DNA of 64,000 bases from a virus. Lineage: Duplodnaviria; Caudoviricetes. The translations under genes and the position numbers were made by a program. This document shows, piece after piece, positions 1 through 9,381 of this stretch. The stretch is from positions 4,508 through 68,507 of IMG/VR virus record IMGVR_UViG_2695421014_000001. One strand, written 5' to 3'. How positions within the stretch are numbered: position 1 is the first letter of the stretch; each line of letters starts with the position of its first letter. Below the pieces are notes generated by a model that was not told where the DNA came from, did no database searches, and saw only the letters and a list, made by a program, of their open reading frames with translations.

Positions 1-275
1 AGTCCCGGCTGGAGACCGAGCTCACCGAGGTCGAGAACCGCATGCGGCAGCTCGCCGGGGACGCCGAGGTCGTCACCGTGGGCGGCAAGCCGGTCTTCAC
101 CTGGCGGCAGAACGGCCAGTTCGCCCACGCCCGTTTCCGCGACGAGATGCCCGAACTGGCCGCCCAGTACACCCAACTGGTCTCGGCAGTCGACGCCGAC
201 CGGCTCGCCGCAGACCAACCCGAGACCTACCGCAAGTACCGGGCGCGCGTCCTGCGTACGCCCTCGGAGGGATGA
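1..275 (+). CDS. C-terminal end of probable YqaJ-like viral recombinase/exonuclease (partial)
   Basis: Frame open from window start; directly upstream of RecT; C-terminus resembles YqaJ tails (GKPVFTWRQ...YRKYRARVLR); catalytic part not in window. Confidence 0.55.
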   Translation, partial: SRLETELTEVENRMRQLAGDAEVVTVGGKPVFTWRQNGQFAHARFRDEMPELAAQYTQLVSAVDADRLAADQPETYRKYRARVLRTPSEG

Positions 276-278
276 CCG

Positions 279-1190
279 ATGTCTGACCTGAAGGGCCGCC
301 TGAAGGCGGCCACCGACGGAGCCGATGATCAGCAGCCCGAGCAGGCTGCGGTCACCGACCTCGCCGTCAGCGACACGGCCCTGCAATGGCTCCAGAGCCG
401 CGCGGCCTACTTCACGGACGCGCTGCCCCGGCACGTCGACCGCGCGCACTTCATGAGCGTCGCACTGGCCGTGATGCCGAGCCTGGAGCGCTGTACGCAC
501 GCCAGCGTCCATCAGGCGTTCCTGGCCTGTGCCCGCTTCGGTCTGGAGCCGGACGGCCGACAGGCAGCGATCATCCCGTACGGCGAGACCGCGACGTTCC
601 AGCCGATGTACCAGGGTCTGATCGAGCTGATGTACCGCCATCCGCGCGTCGACTCCGTGCATTTCGGGTGGGTGCGGGAGCGGGACCAGTGGGACTACAC
701 GCCCACCGAGCCGTCGCCGAAGGACTTCTTCCACAAGCCGCGCATCGACCTGTCCGACGAAGAGCGCGGCCCCGTGATCCTCGCCTACGCCTTCGCGTGG
801 ATCGATGGCCGCCGCTCCCAGGTCATCATCCTCAACCGGTCCCAGGCCGAGCAGATCCGGAACAAGTACTCCAAGGCGTTCAAGAAGGCCGAGAGGCAGA
901 ACACCAAGGACTCACCTTGGCACACCGACTTCGACGCCATGTGGGCCAAGTCCTGCGTGCTGCGCCTGCGGAAGGTCGTTCCGACGTCTACGGAACTCGC
1001 CGAGTTGGTCGAGATGGACGACGACCTCGACGACGGCTCGTCTGCGCCGCCGGTCATCCGAGGAACCGTCATCGCCCGCGACGACCAGTCCCACGGCGGT
1101 GAGCAGCCGCCGTCGGCCGCCGCTTGGCCGGAGACCACGCAGCCCGGATCCCGCTCGCGCGAGGGCTCCGAGGGCGGTGAGCAGGAGTGA
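279..1190 (+). CDS. recT: RecT family single-strand annealing protein
   Basis: Motifs ALPRHVDR, CARFGLEPDG-QAAIIPYG, MYQGLIELMYR, SPWHTDFDAMWAKS. Confidence 0.93.
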   Translation: MSDLKGRLKAATDGADDQQPEQAAVTDLAVSDTALQWLQSRAAYFTDALPRHVDRAHFMSVALAVMPSLERCTHASVHQAFLACARFGLEPDGRQAAIIPYGETATFQPMYQGLIELMYRHPRVDSVHFGWVRERDQWDYTPTEPSPKDFFHKPRIDLSDEERGPVILAYAFAWIDGRRSQVIILNRSQAEQIRNKYSKAFKKAERQNTKDSPWHTDFDAMWAKSCVLRLRKVVPTSTELAELVEMDDDLDDGSSAPPVIRGTVIARDDQSHGGEQPPSAAAWPETTQPGSRSREGSEGGEQE

Positions 1191-1546
1191 GCGCCCCCGA
1201 AGTTGACGCAGCCATCCAGCAGCTGGCGTCGCGCGGCATCCGAGCCTTGACGGCCGACGAGTGGACCTATCAGGCAGCCCTCGACATCGTCCGCGAGAGC
1301 CGCCGACGGCAGGAAGACTCCCGCATCGTCCGCATGGCCGGCCACTGGGGTGAAGGCCTCGCCGACGACATCTCCCAGGCGACCGGCCTGGCCGCCGGGG
1401 ACATCGCGGCTGTTCTGCTGTACGCGTCGTCCTGGGTCGGCGGCCTGGGCATGGTGCAGGGCCTCAGCCGGGACACCTCGATGGCCGTGCTCTCCTGCGC
1501 CGCCGACGAGCTGGACCGACGCGCGAACGGCGGTGCGACGCCGTGA
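1187..1546 (+). CDS. hypothetical phage protein
   Basis: GTGA overlap with recT stop; GC3-biased frame. Confidence 0.7.
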   Translation: MSAPEVDAAIQQLASRGIRALTADEWTYQAALDIVRESRRRQEDSRIVRMAGHWGEGLADDISQATGLAAGDIAAVLLYASSWVGGLGMVQGLSRDTSMAVLSCAADELDRRANGGATP

Positions 1547-1740
1547 ACACCGCGATCCGAGACTTCAACGGGCCGCCCCGCTACTTGGCGGTCGGCCACT
1601 GCGTCGACTGCGGAAGGGCGAGCTATCTGTCTCGCCGAGACGCCAAGCGCGCCGCGAAGGGCATGTTCCCCGGCCGGCACCACCGGCCCGTCCAGTGCGG
1701 TGACCGTTGGCACCTCCAGCGGATGGGAGGTGGGTCCTGA
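1543..1740 (+). CDS. small hypothetical Zn-binding protein
   Basis: CxxC...C..WH; overlapping start/stop with neighbours. Confidence 0.6.
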   Translation: MNTAIRDFNGPPRYLAVGHCVDCGRASYLSRRDAKRAAKGMFPGRHHRPVQCGDRWHLQRMGGGS

Positions 1741-2225
1741 TGACCGCTCCCGCTCTCCATCTGACCGTCTACGGCACGCCAGCCCCTCAGGGCTCGAAGA
1801 ACCGCAACGCGGCCGGGGCCCTGTATGAGTCGTCGGCGAAGGTGAGGCCGTGGCGTCAGGACGTGAAGACGGCCGCCCTGGACGCGCTGCTCCACGACGA
1901 GGCATGGGTCGCCCTGAGCGGCGCGGTGTGGCTGGACGTGCAGTTCAGCCTGCGCCGCCCGAAGCACCACTTCGGCACCGGGAAGAACGCCGGCCTCCTG
2001 AAGGCTTCCGCGCCCCCGTACCCGACCGGCACCCCTGACCTGGACAAGCTCGTGCGCTCCACCCAGGACGCGCTGAAGGACGCCGGGGTCCTCGCCGACG
2101 ACAGCGTCGTCGCCACTCTGTCCGCCTCCAAGGTCTACGTGCTCTGGGGCGACTCCCTCCGCACCCCCGGCGCCGTCATCAAGGTCTGGCGCCTCACCGA
2201 CTTCCTCAAGGAGCCCACCCCGTGA
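1740..2225 (+). CDS. rusA: RusA family Holliday junction resolvase
   Basis: VYGTPAPQGSK, PDLDKLVRSTQDAL, GVLADDSVV motifs; ATG overlaps upstream TGA. Confidence 0.92.
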   Translation: MTAPALHLTVYGTPAPQGSKNRNAAGALYESSAKVRPWRQDVKTAALDALLHDEAWVALSGAVWLDVQFSLRRPKHHFGTGKNAGLLKASAPPYPTGTPDLDKLVRSTQDALKDAGVLADDSVVATLSASKVYVLWGDSLRTPGAVIKVWRLTDFLKEPTP

Positions 2226-2737
2226 CGCAGTTGAAGTTTGACGCCAAGGTCTCGGCGAGCGCTCAGGAGGCGCTGGAGTCGCATGTCCGGCCGATGTACG
2301 ACGCGCCCGGCAGCCGCCGCATGGCCATCATCGAGTTCGCGCACATCGAGCGAGTCGAGCCCGCACCCGGCACCGAGAAGGAGCCGAGCGTCAAGGTCCG
2401 CATCGTCGGCCTGGAGCTGCCCAACAAGGAGCAGGAAGGCTCCGTCCGCGAGGCGCAGCGCTTCCTCCACCTCCAGCGAACCGCACGCGGAACGCTCGAC
2501 GACGACGGCCAACTCGAACTCAGCGACAGCACACTGCGGTTGACCGGCGGAATGCTCGCCTACATCGAGACCGCCCGCCTGCGCGCCGGCCTCGCCCACT
2601 GGCGCGAGTACGCCCAGCGCCTGGTCCACGGACCCGAGCTGACGCTCACCGAGGTCCGGCACGAGATGCAGGCACTTGCCGAAGGTCTCACTGCGGTCCT
2701 CAACACCGCCCGCGATCACGGCGACGACGACTCCTGA
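2222..2737 (+). CDS. hypothetical phage protein
   Basis: GTGA overlap, GC3 bias. Confidence 0.7.
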   Translation: MTQLKFDAKVSASAQEALESHVRPMYDAPGSRRMAIIEFAHIERVEPAPGTEKEPSVKVRIVGLELPNKEQEGSVREAQRFLHLQRTARGTLDDDGQLELSDSTLRLTGGMLAYIETARLRAGLAHWREYAQRLVHGPELTLTEVRHEMQALAEGLTAVLNTARDHGDDDS

Positions 2738-2801
2738 CACCCATCACGCGCCCATGAGGCGCCCATGACCTAACCCGCCCAGCCTGAAGGGAGGTGACCC
2801 C

Positions 2802-4031
2802 ATGCCTCAGAAAGTCCGCGTGCCGCTGCGTGTGATCGTCGGCTCGTATAGCGACGCCACCGTGTCCGTGTACGTCAAGATTGCGGCTCTGGACCGGCGT
2901 ACGACCGGCTGCGAGGCGGGGGTTGCCTACCTCTCTGGGCTGCTCGGCCTGGCGCGCTCCACCGTCGAGCGGGCCCTGACGCAGCTGATGCGTCCGGACC
3001 CGGCCGACGACGTGGTGGAGCTGACGAGCCAGCGGCGCACGCTCCCCGGCGGCGACGGTGAGACGGCGGTGCGCCGGATCCGCGCCACCGATTGGACCCG
3101 TGAGCACGGCGGTTGGGTGCCGACGCGCGCCAGCGAGTCGCTCAGCCCGCGCCAGCTGCGTTGCTATGCGTCACTCAGCTACGCCACGGCTACCGGCGTG
3201 CACATCACGCTCGCCGAGCTGGGGCGCGTTCTGCGCCACCGGTCGGGCAAGAAGGCTGGCGAGTCCCTGGACCCGCGGTCTGTGCGGCGGATCCTTCGCG
3301 GCCTCGAAGACCTGGGCTGGATCAGCGTCGAGCGGCGTGCCGGGTACCGGGGCCGTCACGTCTACACCGTGCACGACGAGCCTCTCCAGGACGTGCTGAC
3401 TGCGGACTCTGGAGAGGGATCGGGTGGGGATCTTGGTGAGGGATCGCTACTAGAGGATCACCACCAGACTGACTCACCGGATGATCAACCGCCCACTGCC
3501 GTCTTGGGTATCCGCCGTAGGCGAGAGCAGGTAGTAGCGCGAGGGGCTGTGGAAAACCCTCCGCTTCCCGCCGCGTACCGCCGCCCGTACGCCGGGCCGC
3601 AGCTGAGTCTCGCTCCGCGGATCTGGCGAGTCCTCGAACCGGTGAAGAGCCTGTTGCCGGGCCTGCCGCCGTACGTGGTCCGCGCGCTGGCCCGGGAGAT
3701 CGGCCGCCAGCTCGACGAGGGCCAGGAACCGCAGCGGCTTCGCAGGCGGCTGGAGTTCCGGTTCGCCACCACGGACACCATCCGCGACCCGGGCCGCTGG
3801 CTGCTCGGCGCGGCCATCGTCCGGCGCGGCTGCGGCCTGGCCGCCTGCGAGGCCGGCCGCCTCTGGCACACCGGCCAGGAGTGCGCCGCCTGCGCCCACA
3901 CCCGCACTGCCACAGCCGCCCTGCGCCGACTCGAACGCGAACTCGACGAGCGCGAACGACAACTCGGCATCACTGCCCCCTACCAGCTGGCCGCCGCCCG
4001 CCCCGAGCACCCGCCCGGGAGGCACCGATGA
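2802..4031 (+). CDS. HTH-containing putative replication initiator
   Basis: Two winged-HTH-like segments (YLSGLLGLARSTVERAL; SVRRILRGLEDLGWI), internal repeat linker, C-terminal IRDPGRWL and Cys cluster; GGAGG RBS. Confidence 0.6.
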   Translation: MPQKVRVPLRVIVGSYSDATVSVYVKIAALDRRTTGCEAGVAYLSGLLGLARSTVERALTQLMRPDPADDVVELTSQRRTLPGGDGETAVRRIRATDWTREHGGWVPTRASESLSPRQLRCYASLSYATATGVHITLAELGRVLRHRSGKKAGESLDPRSVRRILRGLEDLGWISVERRAGYRGRHVYTVHDEPLQDVLTADSGEGSGGDLGEGSLLEDHHQTDSPDDQPPTAVLGIRRRREQVVARGAVENPPLPAAYRRPYAGPQLSLAPRIWRVLEPVKSLLPGLPPYVVRALAREIGRQLDEGQEPQRLRRRLEFRFATTDTIRDPGRWLLGAAIVRRGCGLAACEAGRLWHTGQECAACAHTRTATAALRRLERELDERERQLGITAPYQLAAARPEHPPGRHR

Positions 4032-4345
4032 CCAACACAGACGTCCCCCGACCGGCCACACCCCAGCTGCTCGCCCTCGCTGAGGCCGCCCGGCCGGACT
4101 GGTCCCCCGAGCTCCTGCGCGACGTCCTCGCACAGGTCCGCTGCCGGGAGGACATGAGCTTCGGCCGCTTGGTCGTCGCGATCGCCCAGCTGATCGCCGA
4201 CCCGGAAGCCGAACCGCCCGACCTGCTCGCAGGGGTGCCAGAGCCGTGGCGACACCGCCGCCGGCCTCCCGCACCCGACACCGCCCAACGCGGAGCCGCA
4301 GCCGTACGTGCGGCCCTGCACCACACCGATCCGACTGACACCTGA
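4028..4345 (+). CDS. hypothetical protein
   Basis: ATGA overlap with upstream gene. Confidence 0.65.
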   Translation: MTNTDVPRPATPQLLALAEAARPDWSPELLRDVLAQVRCREDMSFGRLVVAIAQLIADPEAEPPDLLAGVPEPWRHRRRPPAPDTAQRGAAAVRAALHHTDPTDT

Positions 4346-4354
4346 AGGGAGGCG

Positions 4355-4780
4355 ATGGCGATGACCGCAACGGTGCACATCGGCCGTCGCACCACCCCGC
4401 ACCGCCCGCACGCCAGCTTCCGCGAGCGCTGGGCCGCCTTCCAGCTCCGGCACTCCCGCCGTACGCAGGCCGCCTACTTCACCCGCCTGCACGACGCGCT
4501 GCCGCTGTCCGACCCCGACCGATACGCGCTGGAGTCCCCGGCCCTCGAGGACGCCTTCGCCCGCCTCGCCGCCGACCACCCCGAGGCGGTCACCCCCGCA
4601 GACGGGGGCCAGGCCGCGCGCGACGCCGACCGCGAGGTCCTGCTGCTCGCCGTGTGCGATCGCTGGTTCCGCGAGGCCCACGCCGGACCCGAGCACCGCT
4701 GGCCCCCGGCGACGATCGCCGCCCACCAGCAGCTCCTCAACGACGTCCGAGCCTGCTTCCACCCTGGCGGTGACGCGTGA
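4355..4780 (+). CDS. hypothetical protein
   Basis: GGAGG RBS, GC3 bias. Confidence 0.65.
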   Translation: MAMTATVHIGRRTTPHRPHASFRERWAAFQLRHSRRTQAAYFTRLHDALPLSDPDRYALESPALEDAFARLAADHPEAVTPADGGQAARDADREVLLLAVCDRWFREAHAGPEHRWPPATIAAHQQLLNDVRACFHPGGDA

Positions 4781-5112
4781 GCACCCAGGCCCCGGAGATG
4801 AAGGCGAGCGCCAAGACGCGGCGCTCCCTCGACGAGCAGCTGCACACGCTGTTCGGGCGCGCGGTGAAGGAAGTCCGCATCACCCGCGTCACCTGGCCGG
4901 AGGGCAAGAAGTGGGTGGCCATGGTCATCGGCACCCACGGCCGCGAGATCCCCGTGTACGACGGCGGCCTCCACCACCAGGCCGCGATGGTCCTGCGGGA
5001 CGCCTTCCCCGACGCCAACTGGAGCCGTGCCCAGGACTACACCGTGGCTGCTGGCGTCCTGCGCGAGCACGTCATCCGGACCCCCTCCAGCCTGCGAGGT
5101 GGCCAGCGGTGA
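4777..5112 (+). CDS. hypothetical protein
   Basis: GTGA overlap, GC3 bias. Confidence 0.65.
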   Translation: MSTQAPEMKASAKTRRSLDEQLHTLFGRAVKEVRITRVTWPEGKKWVAMVIGTHGREIPVYDGGLHHQAAMVLRDAFPDANWSRAQDYTVAAGVLREHVIRTPSSLRGGQR

Positions 5113-5525
5113 GCCCCGACGACTACGACCGGCTCTACGCCGAGTCCCGCGACAGGCCGGCCTTCTCCAACGGAGACGAGGGCTACTCGTGGATGGCCGC
5201 GAACTGCGACCGCTGCATCCACGACAAGCCGGCCCGGCAGGGCGACGACGCGAACGGCTGCCCCCTGGTCCTCATCACACTGATGGGTCGCACCCCGGCG
5301 CAGTTCGTGGATGGTCCGCGCGACGAGAACGGCCTGTACTCCCGCTCGACGCAGTACGTCTGCACCGCGTTCCGCGGTGAGGACGACCCCGACCCGACCC
5401 CGCGCCCCATCCCTGTACCGCCCGGGCAGGGGGAGCTGCTGCCTCGTGAGCCCTTCGAGGGGCACCGCATGCTCACTCTCTCGCCGGGCCAGGCCCCTGC
5501 CATCCAGGCGGGTGGTCAGCAGTGA
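5109..5525 (+). CDS. hypothetical Cys-rich protein
   Basis: FSNGDEGYSWMAANCDRCIHD motif; GTGA overlap. Confidence 0.65.
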   Translation: MSPDDYDRLYAESRDRPAFSNGDEGYSWMAANCDRCIHDKPARQGDDANGCPLVLITLMGRTPAQFVDGPRDENGLYSRSTQYVCTAFRGEDDPDPTPRPIPVPPGQGELLPREPFEGHRMLTLSPGQAPAIQAGGQQ

Positions 5526-5881
5526 GCCGCCCCAACGCCCGTCCACGGGTCGACCACCAGCACGCCGCCGACCAGGCTCGGCAGATGCCCGGTCAGTGGG
5601 TTCTCGCCGGAACGTACGGCAGCAGCGCGAGCGCCCAGTCGGCGGCGCTTCAGGTCCGCACCGGTGAGAAGGCGCCCGCCTACCGGCCCGCCGGGGCCTT
5701 CGAGGGCCGCACCTTGGTCACCCAGGACGGGGCCGACCTGTGGGTCCGGTACACGCGCTCGGACTCCCGCCTGCCCAGCGACTTCGCGGCCTCCATCGCC
5801 TCCGGCCTCACCGAGGACTTCGACGCCTTCTCCCGCCGCCTCGACGAGGCCACCACCAACACCACCAGGAGGACCGGATGA
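5522..5881 (+). CDS. hypothetical protein
   Basis: GTGA overlap, GC3 bias. Confidence 0.65.
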   Translation: MSRPNARPRVDHQHAADQARQMPGQWVLAGTYGSSASAQSAALQVRTGEKAPAYRPAGAFEGRTLVTQDGADLWVRYTRSDSRLPSDFAASIASGLTEDFDAFSRRLDEATTNTTRRTG

Positions 5882-6117
5882 CCGCGCCCCTCTTCGTTCG
5901 CCGCCTGCGCACGTACTTCGCCGACGTCCAGATCCGCCACCTGCGCGCCCAGCTCGCACAAGCCCACGACATCAACCGCAGCCTGGAGCAGAGACTCGCC
6001 GACCTCCAGGCCGCCAACGAGGGCGCATACCGGGAGCTCCGGCTGGCCACCGGTGGCCCGACTCTCGACGTGGAGCAGCCGTTCGGCCTCTTCCCGGTCA
6101 AGGACGGCACCACGTGA
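5878..6117 (+). CDS. small coiled-coil hypothetical protein
   Basis: AGGAGG RBS, ATGA overlap. Confidence 0.6.
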   Translation: MTAPLFVRRLRTYFADVQIRHLRAQLAQAHDINRSLEQRLADLQAANEGAYRELRLATGGPTLDVEQPFGLFPVKDGTT

Positions 6118-6563
6118 TCGCCTACGCCTTCCTCATTCTCGGCTGCGGAGGGACGGCCGTCGTCGTTTACGCGATCGCTCCCGCCGGCCGGGGACTGCAC
6201 CGGTACGTCGCGCCCCGCTCAAAGCTGCGCGCTGAAGCCGCCCGAGCCGCAGGGCAGGTTGAGGAACTGGCCTGCAAGCTGGCCGCGGTGACGTCCGAGC
6301 TCGAGGCCGTCACGGTCGACCGCGACGGCTTGAGGGCGAACCTCGGCAAAGCCGAACAGCTCGTCAAGGACGCCGAAGACGAGGCCAAGCAGCTGCGCGA
6401 GACCAACCGGAGCCTGAGGGCGGCGCTGTCTAACGCCACCGCGATCCGGCCGCTGACGCCCGTGAAGGCCATCGCGCCCCCACCGAGCCCCGTGCCGTCT
6501 TCGGTGGCCGTGCCGCTGCACATGGCGCCGATCGCCCACAGCCCGGCTGCCGAGCCGAGCTGA
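6114..6563 (+). CDS. membrane-anchored coiled-coil protein
   Basis: N-terminal hydrophobic helix followed by heptad-rich region. Confidence 0.6.
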   Translation: MIAYAFLILGCGGTAVVVYAIAPAGRGLHRYVAPRSKLRAEAARAAGQVEELACKLAAVTSELEAVTVDRDGLRANLGKAEQLVKDAEDEAKQLRETNRSLRAALSNATAIRPLTPVKAIAPPPSPVPSSVAVPLHMAPIAHSPAAEPS

Positions 6564-6638
6564 CCCAGCCCCGCGCCCGCCGCCCGGATGACACCGGCCC
6601 GGCGGCGGGCGCGGCAACATCACAGAGAAGAGAGACCC

Positions 6639-7329
6639 TTGTTCAAGCGCAACACCCCCACGGCCCCAGCCGCCACCCACACCCCTGCGATCAGCTTCGA
6701 CAAGGTCCCCGCCGGCCTTGTCTCCCTCGCCAAGACCGCCACCGTCTCCCTGGAGAAGAACGGCCTGGCCGGGCAGCGGGCCGCGGTGTACCTCGTGGTC
6801 GACCGCTCCGGCTCGATGCGCGACTACTTCCGCGACGGCAGCGTGCAGCACCTCGCGGATCAGGCCCTCGGCCTGTCCGTGAACGTGGACGACGACGGCT
6901 GCGTGCCGCTGGTGCTGTTCGACTCGCGGCCCTATCCCCTCGTCGAGGTCAGCCTCGACCAGTACGAGGGCGTCGTCGACCAGCAGCACCAACTGCACGG
7001 CGGCGAACGCACGATGGGCGGCACGCAGTACGCGATCGCCATGCGCGCTGTCATCGAGCACTACCTGAACGCGGAGGCCGCCGACCCGGCTCCAGCTCGC
7101 GCAGGCCTCCAAGCTGCCCATCTTCTGGTCGTTCGTCGGCTACGGCCACAGTCAGGTCGGCTTCCTGAAGCAGCTGGACAAGATGGGCGGCCGCCTCGTC
7201 GACAACGCGAGCTACTTCCACGCTGGAGCCCGGCCACTGAACCTTCCCGACGCCGAGCTGTACGACGGCATCACCAAGGAATTCGGCACGTGGCTGGGAG
7301 CAGCCCGCGCGAAGGGCCTCCTCCGGTGA
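6639..7329 (+). pseudogene. vWA-TerF-like protein, frameshifted with apparent internal deletion near 7090
   Basis: AVYLVVDRSGSM MIDAS motif in one frame; KLPIFWSFVGYG...LVDNASYF...DAELYD...EFGTWL in a different frame from 7093; the TDG segment expected between them is absent. Confidence 0.75.
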
Positions 7330-7598
7330 GGCGCCGCCCCCTGCGCGCGACCGCAGTCGTCCTCATCGCCCTGGCCTTCCTGCTGCTCGGCGGATGCAGC
7401 AGCAAGTTCTCCGAGCCCTTCAAGGACGCGCCCCGCTCCGGCAAGGACAACGGCGCTCCGGCGGACCTGATCCGCATGCCTGACGGGTTCTCCAACGCCG
7501 CCACGAAGTGCGACCACGGCAACCGGCTCTACATCGCCTACCACGGCGACTACCCGTACGCCGCGATCGCCGTCGTCCCGGCCGACCCCACCTGCTGA
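7326..7598 (+). CDS. putative lipoprotein
   Basis: Basic N-terminus, hydrophobic stretch, lipobox LGG-C. Confidence 0.7.
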   Translation: MRRRPLRATAVVLIALAFLLLGGCSSKFSEPFKDAPRSGKDNGAPADLIRMPDGFSNAATKCDHGNRLYIAYHGDYPYAAIAVVPADPTC

Positions 7599-7650
7599 CC
7601 AGCCCGGCGCGGGGCTGACCGGCCCCGCGCCTCCCACCCAGGAGCATCCG

Positions 7651-8022
7651 TTGAAGAAGAAGCCCACCCCCATCGAAGCCCGAGTGACCACGACCAGACT
7701 GATCGAGATCGTGGCCGCCGACACGGGCCGCACCACCGACGTCGTGCGCGACACCGTGATGGCCACCTTCGACGCCATCGCCCGCGCGAACGCCTCCGGT
7801 CACGACGTCGCGATCACCAACTTCGTCACCTTCGTCGCGCACCGGTTGAAGCGAGCCCAGCGCCGCAATCCGCAGACCGGCGAGATGTTCACCTCGCCTG
7901 CTCACCAGGTCGTGCGCTTCCGGGTGTCCGACCATCTAGCCGACGCCGTGCGCCGGCGCGACCGCAAGGTCACCATCCGCAAGGCCCCCAAGGGCTCCAA
8001 GAACACGGCCGCTGGTCAGTGA
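7651..8022 (+). CDS. HU/IHF family DNA-binding protein
   Basis: VAITNFVTF...RRNPQTGE...VVRFRVS..L..AV signature. Confidence 0.88.
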   Translation: MKKKPTPIEARVTTTRLIEIVAADTGRTTDVVRDTVMATFDAIARANASGHDVAITNFVTFVAHRLKRAQRRNPQTGEMFTSPAHQVVRFRVSDHLADAVRRRDRKVTIRKAPKGSKNTAAGQ

Positions 8023-8025
8023 GCC

Positions 8026-8703
8026 ATGGCCTACACCGGAGCAGTGCCCGACACGCGCGCCCACCGCCACGACTGGATGGAGGCGATGGCCTGCCGCAAC
8101 GAGAAGCCCGAGACGTTCTCCGAGACCAAGCATGAGCACGAGGCACGCATCATCTGCGTCGTGCGCTGCCCTGTCCGCACCCAATGCCTCGCCCACGTCC
8201 AAGGCCTGGAGCGAGGCGTCTCGAAGGATCGCAGGGATGGTGTCGTCGCCGGGCTCACCGCGCACGAGCGGTGGCGCATGGACGCTACCGCGCCGGGCCA
8301 CAGCACCCATCCGGCACTCGTCTTCACCGACGTACCGCCGAAGTGCGGCACGCAGAACGCGCTCCTGCGCCACCTGTGGCACGGCGACCGCGTCGACCCC
8401 GACTGCTGGAGCGCCGAAGTCCGCCGCGACCGCCTCAACCGTGCGACCACGGAAACCGGGCCAGCCGAGCCACAGCCTGAGATCGCTCCCGCACCCGAGC
8501 CGCCCGCAGATACGACCAAGAACCAGCGGGCCAAGCAGCCGCCGGCGAAGGGGGACACGCCGCACGAGCGGCGGGTCTACCGGCTGTGGGCGGCAGGGTT
8601 CAGCGATCTGCAGATCGCGCGCCGTATGGCCGTCAGCGTCCCCCAGGTCCAGCGCGTCCGCGAGCGGCTCGGTCTCCTGCCGAACCTGCACGCGGCCTCG
8701 TGA
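8026..8703 (+). CDS. WhiB-like transcription factor fused to extra Cys/His motif and C-terminal HTH
   Basis: WMEAMAC...ARIICVVRCPVRTQC...GVVAGLTAHER; C-terminal SDLQIARRMAVS..QVQRVRERLGL. Confidence 0.8.
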   Translation: MAYTGAVPDTRAHRHDWMEAMACRNEKPETFSETKHEHEARIICVVRCPVRTQCLAHVQGLERGVSKDRRDGVVAGLTAHERWRMDATAPGHSTHPALVFTDVPPKCGTQNALLRHLWHGDRVDPDCWSAEVRRDRLNRATTETGPAEPQPEIAPAPEPPADTTKNQRAKQPPAKGDTPHERRVYRLWAAGFSDLQIARRMAVSVPQVQRVRERLGLLPNLHAAS

Positions 8704-8894
8704 CGTGGGTCTGCCCGCGCGGCGGCTGCGACGCCTACGGCTACTGCCCGTGCGCTGAAGAGCCCCCGGACGAAGCCGACCTGGAGCAGGCGGCGGTCAT
8801 CGCCCAAGGCCAAGCGATCAAGGTCGGCGGTCGCGTCCGCTCGATCGACACCCTCCCGCCCCTCGACACCTACGAACCCCCGGAAGCGACCTGA
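8700..8894 (+). CDS. small hypothetical protein
   Basis: GTGA overlap; Cys-rich N-terminus. Confidence 0.5.
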   Translation: MTWVCPRGGCDAYGYCPCAEEPPDEADLEQAAVIAQGQAIKVGGRVRSIDTLPPLDTYEPPEAT

Positions 8895-9139
8895 TGTCCA
8901 CGCTGATGATGGCGGCCTTCGCCGTCGGAACGCCCGCTCTGATCGGCCTCGCCTTCGGGCTGCCTGACGCCTGGTTCTGCGGCCTGCTGGCCCTCGCCTG
9001 CGTGCTCGGTGGTGCCGACGCCGCATACCGGGAGCAGACCAACTACGCCCTCGGCCTGCTGATCTGCGCGGCGATGTTCTCCGGCGGAGCCCTGCACGCG
9101 CTCATCGCTGCCGGCCGCGACCAGCGGAGGCAGCGATGA
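8894..9139 (+). CDS. small multi-pass membrane protein
   Basis: About three hydrophobic segments. Confidence 0.6.
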   Translation: MSTLMMAAFAVGTPALIGLAFGLPDAWFCGLLALACVLGGADAAYREQTNYALGLLICAAMFSGGALHALIAAGRDQRRQR

Positions 9140-9378
9140 CACCCACCCAGGTGTACGTCGTCGGCGCGATCGGAGGCCTGTCCATGGCCTTCGGCCTCAT
9201 CGTCTTCGTCGGCCTGGCCCTCGCCGTCCACGCCGCCGTCACCCGCCTCACCGAGATCCACGACGCCCGGCGGGAGCGCCGCCGCGCAGCCCGGGCGGCC
9301 CGCGCGGCGGCCGCCGCCGACCTCTCCACCTGCCGAGCCATCGAAGCACTCGGCACCCCCGACCACACCACGGAGTAA
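9136..9378 (+). CDS. small membrane protein
   Basis: N-terminal TM helix, ATGA overlap. Confidence 0.6.
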   Translation: MTPTQVYVVGAIGGLSMAFGLIVFVGLALAVHAAVTRLTEIHDARRERRRAARAARAAAAADLSTCRAIEALGTPDHTTE

Positions 9379-9381
9379 CCC

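Noticed and set aside
2750-2795. GCGCCCATGA direct repeat, and CCTGAAGGGAGG repeated near 4342
   Set aside because: Short, GC-rich or explained by ribosome-binding sites
6588-7598. 336-aa ORF appearing as a vWA-lipoprotein fusion
   Set aside because: Artefact of the frameshift near 7090; the middle is off-frame read-through and the lipoprotein has its own start at 7326
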